64,000 nt of DNA from Candidatus Blackburnbacteria bacterium RIFCSPLOWO2_01_FULL_40_20 (GCA_001816475.1 MHCC01000001.1:12622-76621); one strand, 5' to 3'; shown: positions 17,176 through 27,805, counted from the first letter of the stretch. Notes: generated by a model not told the origin, from the sequence alone. Numbers and translations: made by a program.

Positions 17176-17649
17176 TTAGAAGTTTATTATTTCCGGCATT
17201 TGGAGTCTTACGCTTTCTCCTCTTTTCTGCTCAAATTGGACCACCTGTGCTTGAGTAAGATTGCCATTGTCGTAAAAATACCTTATTTCAAAGCCGTCCA
17301 TACTTTTAAACGTTTTCTTTTCGTAGACTAAGTAGCCTTCTGGTAAGTATTCATATCGATGAATATCTGATCCTTCTACCGCCATCAGCAATCTCCCGCT
17401 CTTATCATATTCGTAAACATATCGTTTGCCGCCTTTCATAAAATCCAAACGTAAGTTTGAACCAGATGAATATATCTCTACTTCTTCTGTCCCCCAAAAG
17501 ATTGCAGGTCTTGTTAAAAGATTTTCTGCTGGAATGGGTTTTGCCAACCTTTCCTTTTGGTGAGCCTTCCAACTATCAACAGTGTCAAATGGGATGAAAA
17601 AACTAACAATATCTCTTCTTTGAGGAACCTCAGCAGTTAAAGTTGCCAT
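17176..17649 (-). CDS. Hypothetical protein with YD-like repeats
   Basis: YEYDKSGRL, YEYLPEGYL, YFYDNGNL. Confidence 0.65.
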   Translation of the reverse strand: MATLTAEVPQRRDIVSFFIPFDTVDSWKAHQKERLAKPIPAENLLTRPAIFWGTEEVEIYSSGSNLRLDFMKGGKRYVYEYDKSGRLLMAVEGSDIHRYEYLPEGYLVYEKKTFKSMDGFEIRYFYDNGNLTQAQVVQFEQKRGESVRLQMPEIINF

Positions 17650-17990
17650 ATTTATGGGCTATAGTATGATTGAAAACTTAATGGAGACAGTTGTCAAGAG
17701 GATTTCTTATTGCAAAAAATACTCCTCGCTTTAAAATTGCATTCATGCGAGTTGAGAGAATGGAGGGTGAAGGCAATGTTCTTTATAGAATTGTCGGGAT
17801 AAAAGATGATATGGGCCGTGGCGTTTCTATGACTTTGATACAACAATAAGATAAAGACATTATTGTCTCCTTGCAGGAGCAAATAACAGGAAAAATGCTA
17901 AGTGCTAAATTTTGTAGTTCACAAGGCGGAAGCTTAAACCCCAAGATTGCAAAAGCACTTCGAGCAGCAATCAAGGTACTTGTAGATGAG

Positions 17991-18064
17991 TGACGCCTGC
18001 GGGAATCGAACCCGCGATTCCTGGGATGAAAACCCAGTGTCCTAGGCCGCTAGACGAAGGCGCC
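17991..18064 (-). tRNA. tRNA-Glu(TTC)
   Basis: GGCGCCT...CTGGG TT TTC AT CCCAG...GCGGG TTCGATT CCCGC AGGCGTC A. Confidence 0.93.
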
Positions 18065-18147
18065 AAGTCATACTTGGCTGGCACGTATGACGTGCCGCCG
18101 CGTTGAACTACTATATTTTACCATTTTGTGCTTGAAAATGCTAGAAT

Positions 18148-18702
18148 ATGGGCATGATCAAACTTGGCTCAAAAGAACTTCGAAAAAACAAACCTGAAGA
18201 GCATCAATTAAAAGAAATTAAAAGGAATCCAATTTATATTGTATTGGATCGGGTTTGGGATACTTATAACATTGGCTCTTTATTTCGTTTGGCTGACGCG
18301 GTTGCAGTTGAAAAAGTATATCTTTGCGGCGATATGGAATACCCTCCTTCTTCCCGAATCCACAAAGCTGCAGTGGGGACTGAAGAATGGGTTCCTTGGG
18401 AAAAAAGAGACACAACAATTGAAGTAATTGATGAATTGAAGAAGAAGGGTGTTCAAATAGTTGCAATTGAACAAGATAGTAGATCAACTCTCCTAAAAGA
18501 ACTTGTACCAAGCTTCCCAGTTGCACTAATTGTTGGACATGAATCTGACGGTGTATCAAAAGAAGTATTGGATAAAGCAGACATTATTGTTGAGTTGCCG
18601 ATGTTTGGAGTAAACAAATCGTTTAACGTTTGGGGCTCGGGCGCTGTCGTTGCCTACAAAGTCCTAGAATACACACAAAAATGTCATCCTGAACGCAAGT
18701 GA
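18148..18702 (+). CDS. SpoU/TrmH-family RNA methyltransferase
   Basis: NIGSLFR, LIVGHESDG, LPMFG..KSFNV. Confidence 0.92.
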   Translation: MGMIKLGSKELRKNKPEEHQLKEIKRNPIYIVLDRVWDTYNIGSLFRLADAVAVEKVYLCGDMEYPPSSRIHKAAVGTEEWVPWEKRDTTIEVIDELKKKGVQIVAIEQDSRSTLLKELVPSFPVALIVGHESDGVSKEVLDKADIIVELPMFGVNKSFNVWGSGAVVAYKVLEYTQKCHPERK

Positions 18703-19023
18703 AGGATCTATGGGCATGAAGCACTATTACACTTATATTTTGACTAACATAACAAATAATGTTCTTTATACCGGGGTAACAGGCAACTTACTTAAAAGAG
18801 TATGGCAACACAAGAACAAGCTAATTCGTGGTTTCACTCAAAGATATAATGTCAATAAGCTTGTTTACTTTGAAAGTTTCAACAACCCGCATGAAGCAAT
18901 TGCAGCCGAAAAGAAAATAAAAGGTTGGAACAGAGAGAAGAAAATTGCTTTGATTGAATCCAAAAATCACGAATGGAGAGATATGAGTGAAGAACTAGAT
19001 CCTTCGCTTCGCTCAGGATGACA
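18682..19023 (+). mobile_element. Inverted-repeat-flanked GIY-YIG element
   Basis: Left TGTCATCCTGAACGCAAGTGAAGGATCTA, right TAGATCCTTCGCTTCGCTCAGGATGACA; ORF-less relative at 28357-28473. Confidence 0.7.
18710..19021 (+). CDS. GIY-YIG nuclease (YhbQ-like)
   Basis: YTYIL...LYTGVT.NL..R..QH...GFT..Y...LVYFE...EKKIKGW.R. Confidence 0.93.
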   Translation: MGMKHYYTYILTNITNNVLYTGVTGNLLKRVWQHKNKLIRGFTQRYNVNKLVYFESFNNPHEAIAAEKKIKGWNREKKIALIESKNHEWRDMSEELDPSLRSG

Positions 19024-19173
19024 ACCTAACCAGTGCTCAGGATGACAACCTAACCAGTGCTCAGAAAAAACAGCTCGTCGCCATAATAATTATTGTCCCC
19101 GCCCTGTCAGCAAATTTTCGTTCTCGATCTAAATCGGAACAAATTTCTGCTTGACAGGGCGAGGTTGCGGTAG

Positions 19174-19431
19174 TTATGACAGCTTGAGCGTAAAGTACCT
19201 GCTATCGTGGTCAAGTTCCTTGACTTCCCAGTCGCCCTCCTTCAAGCGCCGCAGTGTTTCTGCATCTATTCTTGCAGAACCATACCGACGCATTCGAACT
19301 TGAATAGTTTCCCCATTCCGGTATTCTCTGTCAATTTGGATATTGACCAGCCTGATTGTCTCTTCGACCCAGTCTTGTTGGCCCTCACCCAAATCTTGAA
19401 CAGACTCCTTAGTGATTACGTCAAACCTCAC
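19174..19431 (-). CDS. Hypothetical protein
   Basis: 85 aa, GAGG RBS, long hairpin downstream (19097-19163). Confidence 0.55.
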   Translation of the reverse strand: MRFDVITKESVQDLGEGQQDWVEETIRLVNIQIDREYRNGETIQVRMRRYGSARIDAETLRRLKEGDWEVKELDHDSRYFTLKLS

Positions 19432-19452
19432 TTCTTCCTCCTTTGTTGTTTC

Positions 19453-19668
19453 TCAAGGAAAAATCAAATGCCAACCGCCAAGCAGGAGTGGAACAATCCC
19501 CACGAGCGCAACAACAAAAAGACAACCGGCGGACGCTCCTATGTCTTCAAACTCAAACGGAACGCGAGGTTGCCTGTTGGGGTTGTAACCCTCCATCATC
19601 CTAATACCAAGCACAACGAAAAATCCAACCCACAGGAAGCCGAAAATTGCTTCGACAACTGAAAACAC
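19453..19668 (-). CDS. Small two-TM hypothetical protein
   Basis: AAAGGAGG RBS and two hydrophobic segments. Confidence 0.6.
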   Translation of the reverse strand: MFSVVEAIFGFLWVGFFVVLGIRMMEGYNPNRQPRVPFEFEDIGASAGCLFVVALVGIVPLLLGGWHLIFP

Positions 19669-19679
19669 ATCTCCTCCTT

Positions 19680-19916
19680 TTAGCCAGCCAACTTTCTTGC
19701 CGCATCAAGAACCAGAATCATACAAGCAAAGAAACTTACCGTGAGCGGTCCGAATGCAAGGAGTGTCCGCTTGTTGATTTCAGCGACAACCAGATCCTTT
19801 GCAACACCTGCTTCTTGCATTTGGAAAGATCTGTCCCCATCTGCAATACGCAGTGCAACAAGAAGAAACACGCCAAGCTGTGCGACGCCAACCAAAGCTT
19901 CAGTCAAAGAGCTCAC
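19680..19916 (-). CDS. Small membrane hypothetical protein (start approximate)
   Basis: AAGGAGG RBS before GTG; two hydrophobic segments. Confidence 0.5.
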   Translation of the reverse strand: MSSLTEALVGVAQLGVFLLVALRIADGDRSFQMQEAGVAKDLVVAEINKRTLLAFGPLTVSFFACMILVLDAARKLAG

Positions 19917-20217
19917 AACTCCTCCTTCTTTTGATATGTCAAGGAAGATGCGATAGCGAGTACCGCAGATCCCCGTACACACGCATTTGCGACGCGAGGA
20001 CGCGCAGCCCTCGGGAGCAATCAGGTGTTGTAGCGGGATAAATGTGCTGATGTGATAATACCACAAACGAAGTGAAATAATCAAAATTATGGGTTAAAAC
20101 AAAAGTAGTAATATTGTTTTCTTTAATCTTCCTTTTTAAAGAAACACTAAAGAGAACCGCGATGGGGTCAACAAACTCAAAAGAGTCTGAAAACCCCATC
20201 GCGTGACTTCGCGGAAC

Positions 20218-20985
20218 CTAGACTACTGACATCAGAGCACGTGCCCTGTTCATGAACTGCTCGGTTGTCACCGTTGATGACCGAAATTTCGGCCGGGCAA
20301 TTCCTCGAACAAGGTCACCAAAGCCGATCGGCAACTGTTCCCTGATCCTGTCTGCAAGTTCAATGTCCGTACGACGCTTGACCTTGCGCGGATCTGGGCA
20401 TTGCTGCCACTCCTCCTCGCCGCTGCGCTTGACCATCCAGCAGTGCTGTGTTTGGTTTCCTGCTCCCTGGAGAATCAGACGCCGAATCGGGTCGGATTTT
20501 GGATCCTCGCCGCGGTCCGGGATTGGAAACTCGTACTGCAACGCTTCGAGATTGACGCCTTCCCAAAGCAGCTCATGATCGAGCTTCTCGAACTTTACCG
20601 TTTTGATACGGTAAAGTCGGTATCTTGGCAATGCCGCAATCTTTGCAGCGATAGCTGCCTCGTAGGCCTTGTTTTCGTCGATCAACTTCTGGAGGTAGTC
20701 GTACTCGGTCTGAGTACTCCACGCACCGGTCCGCCAACGACGATCCACAGGCTGCTCCCGATCGAAAACGAGTTCGAAAACGAGTTCGTCCCCTCCTTTG
20801 GGATACACAAGACCAGGAAGGTTGTCGCCATACAGACCGGTCAAAAGGAATTCGGGCTCATCTTGACCTCTGACAAGCCGGTAGGCGTGCTTGATGTGCA
20901 AAAAGACCTTACCGTCCTCCAGGTTAACAAACCCGAACCCGCGATCCTCGGAAAAGAATTCTACCGTCCCTTTGTGCAACTTCAT
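20218..20985 (-). CDS. Cold-shock/OB-fold domain protein with an unknown C-terminus
   Basis: GTVEFFSEDRGFGFV...VFLHI (RNP1/RNP2). Confidence 0.75.
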   Translation of the reverse strand: MKLHKGTVEFFSEDRGFGFVNLEDGKVFLHIKHAYRLVRGQDEPEFLLTGLYGDNLPGLVYPKGGDELVFELVFDREQPVDRRWRTGAWSTQTEYDYLQKLIDENKAYEAAIAAKIAALPRYRLYRIKTVKFEKLDHELLWEGVNLEALQYEFPIPDRGEDPKSDPIRRLILQGAGNQTQHCWMVKRSGEEEWQQCPDPRKVKRRTDIELADRIREQLPIGFGDLVRGIARPKFRSSTVTTEQFMNRARALMSVV

Positions 20986-21365
20986 CTTATTTCCTTTCAG
21001 TCTAATTTGGCCAAATTACATTTTGCCCACGAACTTTTGCAAACCACAAAGGTGGTACGCAAAACGCCGCAGGCAAAATATCCGCGAAATATAAAAGTGC
21101 TAAAGTCTACAAAAGACAAAAATGAAGCTAATAATTAGCTTCTATTTGTCCTTTGCAATATGGCCTATATTATACACCTGAATAACCAAAAAGTCAAGAA
21201 TATGGGATATTAAAATAGAAGATTAATTTGAACCCTTGATGCTCGTCTTCATGTATTGATATATGAAGAGAGAACCGCGATGGGGTTTGCAAACCTTTTG
21301 GGTCTGTAAACCCCATCGTCAAATCAGCCGTGAGCGGCCGAGCACCGCCGTTGCTCCTTGCCAGT

Positions 21366-21692
21366 TTATCTGCTGAAAACCGATGCAAGCGCACGTTCCA
21401 CCATATCCGGATTCTTGGTATACAAAAACACAACTTGGATAGAACGAGGTCCACGAACCTTAGCTTGAACCCCACCTACGATCGGTATAAACTTCACATT
21501 GTAATCGCCAGCAGGAAGCCCCATCTTGATCGGTCCCAAGGAGATCTTATTCACTTCCGGCAGCTTTTGAGCAGCCTTCACAAACTTTTCAGCTGCATCA
21601 ATAACTGTTGTGTGCGAACGGTTGACCTTGCCACCAGAAATGTGCTTCATTGCCTCCTCCACAACTGATATATCAAAGAACGATCTTGCCAA
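21366..21692 (-). CDS. DUF2103-like protein
   Basis: SHTTVIDAA...PEVNKISLGPIK...SIQ. Confidence 0.7.
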   Translation of the reverse strand: MARSFFDISVVEEAMKHISGGKVNRSHTTVIDAAEKFVKAAQKLPEVNKISLGPIKMGLPAGDYNVKFIPIVGGVQAKVRGPRSIQVVFLYTKNPDMVERALASVFSR

Positions 21693-21893
21693 ACAAACTC
21701 ACGCCCTGTTGGCAAGTACAACAAGAAAAAAACAGACTGCAAATTGTCAGCCTTTTAAACGTAACAATAGCCTGCTTTTTTAACTTGCATTGTGCCCAAT
21801 TGTACCACTAAAATGGCCAAAGTCAATAAATATAGGATATAACATACTCTACCCTCCTTTACATCTCCTTTAATAATTGCTAACCTGGATTCT

Positions 21894-22385
21894 GTGGAAC
21901 AATTAATAGTTTTCTCTGCCAAGTACTTCTTTGCCCTTGCCCCATTTGTTGCAACTGTTTTCTTTTTCATGCTCAAAAAGAATCTCAAAATTAAATTCCT
22001 CGCGCTTTCTGCTTTATCTTTATCTTTATCTTTATCTCTTGCCAAACTCCTCAACAAGATAATTGTCGATCCTCGCCCCTTTGTTGTAAACCACATTCAA
22101 CCCCTTATTCCCCATGCACCCGACAACGGTTTCCCATCAGACCACACACTTTTGGTTGCAACAATAGCTTCAATTGTCTTTGTGTTCAACAAAAAACTTG
22201 GGATCGTTATAATGGTGTTAGCAGTAATCGTTGGATATTCTCGTGTTCTTGCACAAATCCACCACCCGCTGGATATAGCAGGAAGCGTTCTAATCGCCGT
22301 TGTGGCGACTTGGGCATCGAGACTAATATTAACGAGGCTTAATTTTAAATCTAAATTTGAAAATTCAATGAAAATTGTAAATTGA
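21894..22385 (+). CDS. PAP2-family undecaprenyl-diphosphate phosphatase
   Basis: K....RP, FPSDH, SRV...IHHPLDI. Confidence 0.9.
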   Translation: MEQLIVFSAKYFFALAPFVATVFFFMLKKNLKIKFLALSALSLSLSLSLAKLLNKIIVDPRPFVVNHIQPLIPHAPDNGFPSDHTLLVATIASIVFVFNKKLGIVIMVLAVIVGYSRVLAQIHHPLDIAGSVLIAVVATWASRLILTRLNFKSKFENSMKIVN

Positions 22386-22418
22386 TTCCGATCCTATCGG
22401 AATTGAAAATTGAAAATT
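22337..22418. repeat. AT-rich periodic element with ATTCCGAT-N3-ATCGGAAT core; relatives at 23167-23305, 24546-24673, 27366-27447 and 30256-30305
   Basis: TTGAAAA heptamer runs; the core palindrome is present in four of the five copies. Confidence 0.8.
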
Positions 22419-23160
22419 ATTTCAAGGCTGCCTCCATTAACTGCGCCACGGTTAAGGACGATACTGCTCCACTTATTACCCAAGCATTACCCCGCTCGTC
22501 AAGCAAGAAATTTGCAGGAGTCCCGTTGACTTGAGCTTCTAAACCACCATCCGAATCTTCTTTTACCTTTTGGGTAGTTGCACCACTGTCCAAACATTTC
22601 TGGAAGGCAGTTTTGTTCAAGCCTAATTCAATTGCAATTTTAGGAAGTTGGCTTGCGTCAAGTCCGTTGTTTGCTGGCGTAACCTCAAAAACTTTATCAA
22701 TGTATGACCAAAAGACATCTTCTCCGCCGAGCTGCGAAGCACACTCTGCCGCAGCTGCCTCAGGTCGAGCTTTTGAATGAAGTGAATCAAGTGGAAAATG
22801 ACGATAAACCCAACGCACCTTTCCATCGTAATCAGCAAGCATTTTTTGCAAGACCGGGTGCATTTGCTTGCAAAACGGACATTCAAGATCTGAGTACTCA
22901 ATCCAAGTTAACTTTGCGTCTTTTGAGCCTTTAATGTGATCTTTGTTGGTAATTGGCGGAAGATTTAGTGTATCTGCCTTAATCGGAGAAGGAATAGATG
23001 GCCGCGCAGGTGGATTTGCGGCGTTTGCACCTGCAACATCCCCACCGTTCTTGTTTTCAAGGTATTGTACGCGCTGCCAAAGAACACCCAAGAAAAAAGT
23101 GCCAACCAAAACACCTGCTATTCCAACTGGTATGAGTATGCTTTTAACAGTATTATTCAT
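22417..23160 (-). CDS. dsbA: DsbA/BdbD-family thiol-disulfide oxidoreductase
   Basis: EYSDLECPFC, YRHFPL, VNGTP; N-terminal TM. Confidence 0.9.
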   Translation of the reverse strand: MNNTVKSILIPVGIAGVLVGTFFLGVLWQRVQYLENKNGGDVAGANAANPPARPSIPSPIKADTLNLPPITNKDHIKGSKDAKLTWIEYSDLECPFCKQMHPVLQKMLADYDGKVRWVYRHFPLDSLHSKARPEAAAAECASQLGGEDVFWSYIDKVFEVTPANNGLDASQLPKIAIELGLNKTAFQKCLDSGATTQKVKEDSDGGLEAQVNGTPANFLLDERGNAWVISGAVSSLTVAQLMEAALK

Positions 23161-23304
23161 ATACGATTTAATTTTCAATTTTCAATTCCGATCCTATCGG
23201 AATCAATAACCAATTTACAATGAATTTTCAAATTCTAATTTTCAAACTGTTTGGAACTTGATAATTGGGATTTGATTGAAAATTGAAAATTGTAAATTGA
23301 AAAT

Positions 23305-24267
23305 TTATTTGTGTTCCATTAACCACTTCTCAACGTCTAAGGCTGCCATGCAACCAAAAGCAGCCGCCGTCACCGCCTGTTTGTAGTGGTAATCGTGAAC
23401 ATCTCCTGCAGCAAAAACCCCCTCAACGCTTGTCTTTGTACGATCAAAAACTTTGATATACCCTTTCTCGTCCAAATCAATTTCACCTTTGAAAATATTT
23501 GTTGCTGGAGTATGGCCTATCGCAACAAATATACCATCAATTGGAAACTCTACAACTTCTTTCGTTTTATTGTCCCTTATTTTTACCCCTACTACCCTTA
23601 CTTCCCCTATCACATCCACTATCTCACGGTTTAATAACAGCTTAATTTTTGGGTCTTTTGAGACCTTTTCTTGCATTATTTTTGAAGCCCTAAATTCATC
23701 TCGTCTGTGAACTATTGCTACTTCGGCGGCAAACCTTGATAAGACCAATGCCTCCTCCATTGCAGAGTCTCCACCCCCAATAACAATAATGTTTTTATCC
23801 CTAAAAAATGGGGCATCGCAAGGAGCGCAAGAAGATACACCGCGACCTATCAACTTTTGCTCGTTGGGCAACCCAAGCCATGTGGTTTGGGCACCAGTTG
23901 CAATAATTACAGACCTTGCTTTGTATTCTTTGTTTCCAGCCCATGCAGAAAACTCGCCAACATTCTTAAAAGCAACTTTCTCAACGTCTTCAAGTACAAT
24001 TATTGCGCCAAACCTTTCTGCTTGTTTGCGTATCTTGTCCATGAGCTTTGGCCCCATGATTCCCTCAGGAAACCCTGGGAAATTTTCAACTTCAGTTGTC
24101 AACATCAATTGCCCACCCCAAGAAGTACCTCCAATAACGACAGTAGAAAGAGCGGCTCGCGTTGTATAAATAGCAGAAGTTAACCCCGCGGGTCCCGATC
24201 CAATGATCAAAACATCAAAGACTTCGCCAGACCCACGAGTCATACTTGACCCATTAGACATACTCAT
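23305..24267 (-). CDS. trxB: Thioredoxin reductase
   Basis: GSGPAG, GRGVSSCAPCD, GGGDSAMEEA, FAAGDV. Confidence 0.97.
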   Translation of the reverse strand: MSMSNGSSMTRGSGEVFDVLIIGSGPAGLTSAIYTTRAALSTVVIGGTSWGGQLMLTTEVENFPGFPEGIMGPKLMDKIRKQAERFGAIIVLEDVEKVAFKNVGEFSAWAGNKEYKARSVIIATGAQTTWLGLPNEQKLIGRGVSSCAPCDAPFFRDKNIIVIGGGDSAMEEALVLSRFAAEVAIVHRRDEFRASKIMQEKVSKDPKIKLLLNREIVDVIGEVRVVGVKIRDNKTKEVVEFPIDGIFVAIGHTPATNIFKGEIDLDEKGYIKVFDRTKTSVEGVFAAGDVHDYHYKQAVTAAAFGCMAALDVEKWLMEHK

Positions 24268-24268
24268 C

Positions 24269-24520
24269 TCAAGTTTGCCCTCCAGTTTGTTCCCCTTCAT
24301 TTGGCACTGTTGGATTAGCAGCCGGTTGCTCTGCAGGTGCTTGCCCTAAACCGCTCTGGTTCGGGGTAGCGGATGATGTCGGTTGAGTCACCGCTGGTGC
24401 AGATGGTATCTCAGTAATTGACGACACAGCAGGTTGTGCTGGTTGTGCTGGTTGTGCAGGTTGAGGCTGCGCAGCTGGTGCTTGTCCTGGGTTTACTGGT
24501 TGTTGATCTTGTGGATTCAT
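24269..24520 (-). CDS. Pro/Gln-rich low-complexity protein
   Basis: GGGGGTG RBS; PAQ repeats; sits between trxA and trxB. Confidence 0.6.
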   Translation of the reverse strand: MNPQDQQPVNPGQAPAAQPQPAQPAQPAQPAVSSITEIPSAPAVTQPTSSATPNQSGLGQAPAEQPAANPTVPNEGEQTGGQT

Positions 24521-24674
24521 TAAAACATATCACCCCCTAACTCACGAAATTTGAAATTTTAAATTTTAAATTTGAATTCAATTTGAAAATCACAATTTTA
24601 AATGTTTAAAAATTGAAAATTGAGATTTTGGATTTCATTGAAAATTTTAAATTGAAAATTGAAAATTGCAAAAG

Positions 24675-24992
24675 CTACGCTTTTGCTAAAAGGTCTTCAA
24701 ATGGTTTTCTTCCTCCGAATCCGATTTGTCGCCCTACTTCTTTTCCGTCTTTGAATAAAATTGTTGTGGGAATAGACATAACTTGGAGGGCTTGTGCGCT
24801 TGCAGGATTTTTATCTACATCAATTTTAACAAAATCTATCTGGCCTTCATATTCTTTTGAGAGCTCCTCAAGAATGGGCCCTGCGAGTCGGCAAGGCCCG
24901 CACCAAACAGCATGCAAATCCACAAGCACCGGGGTCTTGTTTTCCGTCACTTTTTGCCTAAAATCTTGGTCTGTTACGTCAATTAAAGCCAT
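24675..24992 (-). CDS. trxA: Thioredoxin
   Basis: WCGPC, MSIPT. Confidence 0.97.
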   Translation of the reverse strand: MALIDVTDQDFRQKVTENKTPVLVDLHAVWCGPCRLAGPILEELSKEYEGQIDFVKIDVDKNPASAQALQVMSIPTTILFKDGKEVGRQIGFGGRKPFEDLLAKA

Positions 24993-25094
24993 CGCTCTTT
25001 ACTGCTCGTCTAGCCTATCACAAAAGGGGGGATTGGAGTCAAGTAGTGTTTTCACGGATGCAATTTTCCAACACGCCAAAAAGAGGAAATTCCC

Positions 25095-27344
25095 TTACTT
25101 CCCTAATCCAACCCTTTTCAACAACAATGAATTTGAAACAACTGAAACTGAAGACATTGCCATGGCAGCTGAGGCAAAGATGGGGCTAAGCAGTATTTTT
25201 GCGAACGGATATAAGGCACCCATCGCCACAGGAATCAAAATAACGTTATATCCAAACGCCCAAATCAAGTTCATCCGAATTGTTCTCATTGTTTTCCGTG
25301 ACAGTTCAATCGCCCGCGCAACAGAGCGCAAATCTTTGTTAACCAAGGTTATACTTGCTGCCTCAATTGCCACATCCGTTCCCGTTCCCATTGCAATCCC
25401 GATGTCAGCTGCCGCCAGCGCCGGTGCGTCGTTTATCCCGTCCCCCACCATTGCAACAACTTTCCTCTCGGCTTGAATTTTCCTAACTTCTGCTTCTTTC
25501 CCGTCCGGCAAAACTTCCGCTAAAACACGTTTAATCCCAACTTGCCCGGCAATAGCCTCAGCCGTCCTTTCGTTGTCTCCGGTTATCATCACAACTTCAA
25601 TTCCCATTTTTTGCAAAGCTGCAACACCTTCTTTCGCGCTATCCTTAATTTGATCTGCAACCGCAATTAATCCTGTCAATTCCCCGCCAACTCCAAGCAT
25701 CATAACTGTCTTTCCTTCCCGCTCAATTTTTACCAATCCCATTTCCTCTTCCTTCTCTATCTTTATCTTCTCTCTTTGCATTAGTTTTATATTTCCCAAT
25801 ACAACCCGTACGCCTCCAATCTCTCCTACGACCCCGAACCCCGCTATCGCCTTAAACCCTTCGACTCCGCTCAGAACAAGCCCTTCTTCCTCTGCCTTTT
25901 TGACAATAGCCTCGGCCAGCGAGTGCTCCGAACCCTTCTCCAAAGACGCTGCCATTTTCAAAACATACCCCTTATCTCCCTTAGCCTTAATTCCCACCAC
26001 ATCTGTTACCTCTGGTTTTCCTCGCGTTAAAGTTCCTGTCTTGTCAAAAATAACAGTATTGATTTTGAGTGCAGTCTCCAGACTCTCTGCGTCTTTTATC
26101 AAAATCCCGTTTTCTGCTCCCTTACCTGTTCCAACCATAATTGCAGTTGGCGTTGCCAGCCCCATTGCGCAAGGGCAAGCGATAATCAACACGGCAATCG
26201 CGTTTAGCATTGCAAAAAGAAAAGTAGGTGAAGGACCGAAGTTGTACCAAACAACAAAAGTTAAGATAGAAAGCATAATAACAACAGGAACGAAATATGA
26301 AGAAACTGAATCAACCAACTTTTGTATCGGTGCTTTGCTTGCTTGAGCATCAGCAACAAGCTTAATAATTTGAGCAAGCATAGTTTCCTGTCCAACTTTT
26401 GAGGCCTTAAAGGTAAATGTACCGGTCTTGTTAAGCGTCGCCCCAATCACAACATCGCCTTTTGTCTTGTCAATTGGCAGGCTTTCACCCGTTACCATAG
26501 ACTCATCTATCGAGGATTCTCCATCTTCAATAATCCCGTCCGTTGGTATCTTCTCTCCTGGCCGCACGCGAACAATGTCGCCCGCCACTACTTGCCCGAT
26601 AGGCACATCCATTTCTTTACCACTCTTTAAAACTCTGGCAGTTTTGGCTTGTAATCCAATAAGTTTTTTGATGGCCTCCGAAGTCCCTGCCTTTGCACGA
26701 GCTTCAAAATACCTGCCCAACAAAATTAAACCAATCACAACGGTTGAAACGTCAAAATATGGCATAACTTCAAAACCTGCTCTTTCTAAAAATTGTGGGA
26801 AAAGTGTTGCAACAACAGAAAATGAATAAGCAGCAGTCGTGCCAATGGCAATGAGTGTATCCATATTGGCAGTCCTGTGGCGAAGTGCGGGGATAGTGCC
26901 CTTGTAAAACTGTAACCCTGGCCAAAATTGAACAATGGTGGCCATTACGAGTTGAAAATAAAAGTCCTTCAAAAACAAAGGCGCTGTGTCCACCAAAACC
27001 GGAAAGCTTCCCCAAACAATCAATCCAGCAAATACTAAACTGACAATCACATCGCGAAGAAGCCTGCGAAGCTCTCTGGACTTTTCCTCTTTATCTTTAT
27101 CTTTATCTGCCTCCATCTCTGTCTCTTGCTTTATCCCATACCCAATATTCGATACCGCTGAAAAAATTTGCTCATCCGTTGTCTTTTGGGGGTCAAACGC
27201 TACTGTTGCCCGTTCTGTAACTAAGCTAACCTGGGCCGAGAATACTCCATCCACCTTCTCCAAAGCCTTTTCAATAAGCCTCACACAAGATGCACAATGC
27301 ATTCCTTTGACGGAATAAGTTCGATTAATTAGTTTTTTCTCCAT
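25095..27344 (-). CDS. copA: Cu(I)-exporting P1B-type ATPase
   Basis: GMHCASC, TGES, CPC, DKTGT, GDGIND, YN...MAMSS. Confidence 0.97.
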   Translation of the reverse strand: MEKKLINRTYSVKGMHCASCVRLIEKALEKVDGVFSAQVSLVTERATVAFDPQKTTDEQIFSAVSNIGYGIKQETEMEADKDKDKEEKSRELRRLLRDVIVSLVFAGLIVWGSFPVLVDTAPLFLKDFYFQLVMATIVQFWPGLQFYKGTIPALRHRTANMDTLIAIGTTAAYSFSVVATLFPQFLERAGFEVMPYFDVSTVVIGLILLGRYFEARAKAGTSEAIKKLIGLQAKTARVLKSGKEMDVPIGQVVAGDIVRVRPGEKIPTDGIIEDGESSIDESMVTGESLPIDKTKGDVVIGATLNKTGTFTFKASKVGQETMLAQIIKLVADAQASKAPIQKLVDSVSSYFVPVVIMLSILTFVVWYNFGPSPTFLFAMLNAIAVLIIACPCAMGLATPTAIMVGTGKGAENGILIKDAESLETALKINTVIFDKTGTLTRGKPEVTDVVGIKAKGDKGYVLKMAASLEKGSEHSLAEAIVKKAEEEGLVLSGVEGFKAIAGFGVVGEIGGVRVVLGNIKLMQREKIKIEKEEEMGLVKIEREGKTVMMLGVGGELTGLIAVADQIKDSAKEGVAALQKMGIEVVMITGDNERTAEAIAGQVGIKRVLAEVLPDGKEAEVRKIQAERKVVAMVGDGINDAPALAAADIGIAMGTGTDVAIEAASITLVNKDLRSVARAIELSRKTMRTIRMNLIWAFGYNVILIPVAMGALYPFAKILLSPIFASAAMAMSSVSVVSNSLLLKRVGLGK

Positions 27345-27445
27345 GTTTTGATTGTTCTAACAGGCTCAATTTTTAATTTGAAATTTTAAACATTAAAAAT
27401 TTATATTTCATTGAAAATTGATTCCGATAGGATCGGAATTGAAAA

Positions 27446-27805
27446 TTATTTTACTATTATCTTCCCCCGGTACATATTCATGCCGCATGAATATGTATAT
27501 TCGCCCGTCTTTTGAGGATTTATTTCAACAGTAACCTTTTCACCCAAGGGCAAATCGCGCTTTATCTTAAAATCTCCTAAAACAACTTCGCTCAAACAAT
27601 CATTTTCATCCTTGCGAGTAAAGTTAATTATTGTAGTCTTGCCACGAGGAACGGTAATAATGTTTGGTGTATATCCACCATCTACTGTTATGTCAACAGA
27701 TCCGGAAGCCTTGACTTCTTTTTCCTTTTTGCCAAGGAAAAACCAATAAACAAACCCAATTCCCATAACGCCAATAATGGTAACGACTAATTTATCAATA
27801 CTCAT
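27446..27805 (-). CDS. Membrane-anchored cupredoxin (CupA-like)
   Basis: GGYTP...C...YSCGMNM. Confidence 0.88.
   Translation of the reverse strand: MSIDKLVVTIIGVMGIGFVYWFFLGKKEKEVKASGSVDITVDGGYTPNIITVPRGKTTIINFTRKDENDCLSEVVLGDFKIKRDLPLGEKVTVEINPQKTGEYTYSCGMNMYRGKIIVK

Noticed and set aside
19011-19064. 24-bp direct repeats as a mini-CRISPR
   Set aside because: Contiguous tandem duplication with no spacers and no cas genes
24613-25476. 287-aa plus-strand ORF
   Set aside because: Antisense shadow of trxA and copA, starting inside an AT-rich repeat
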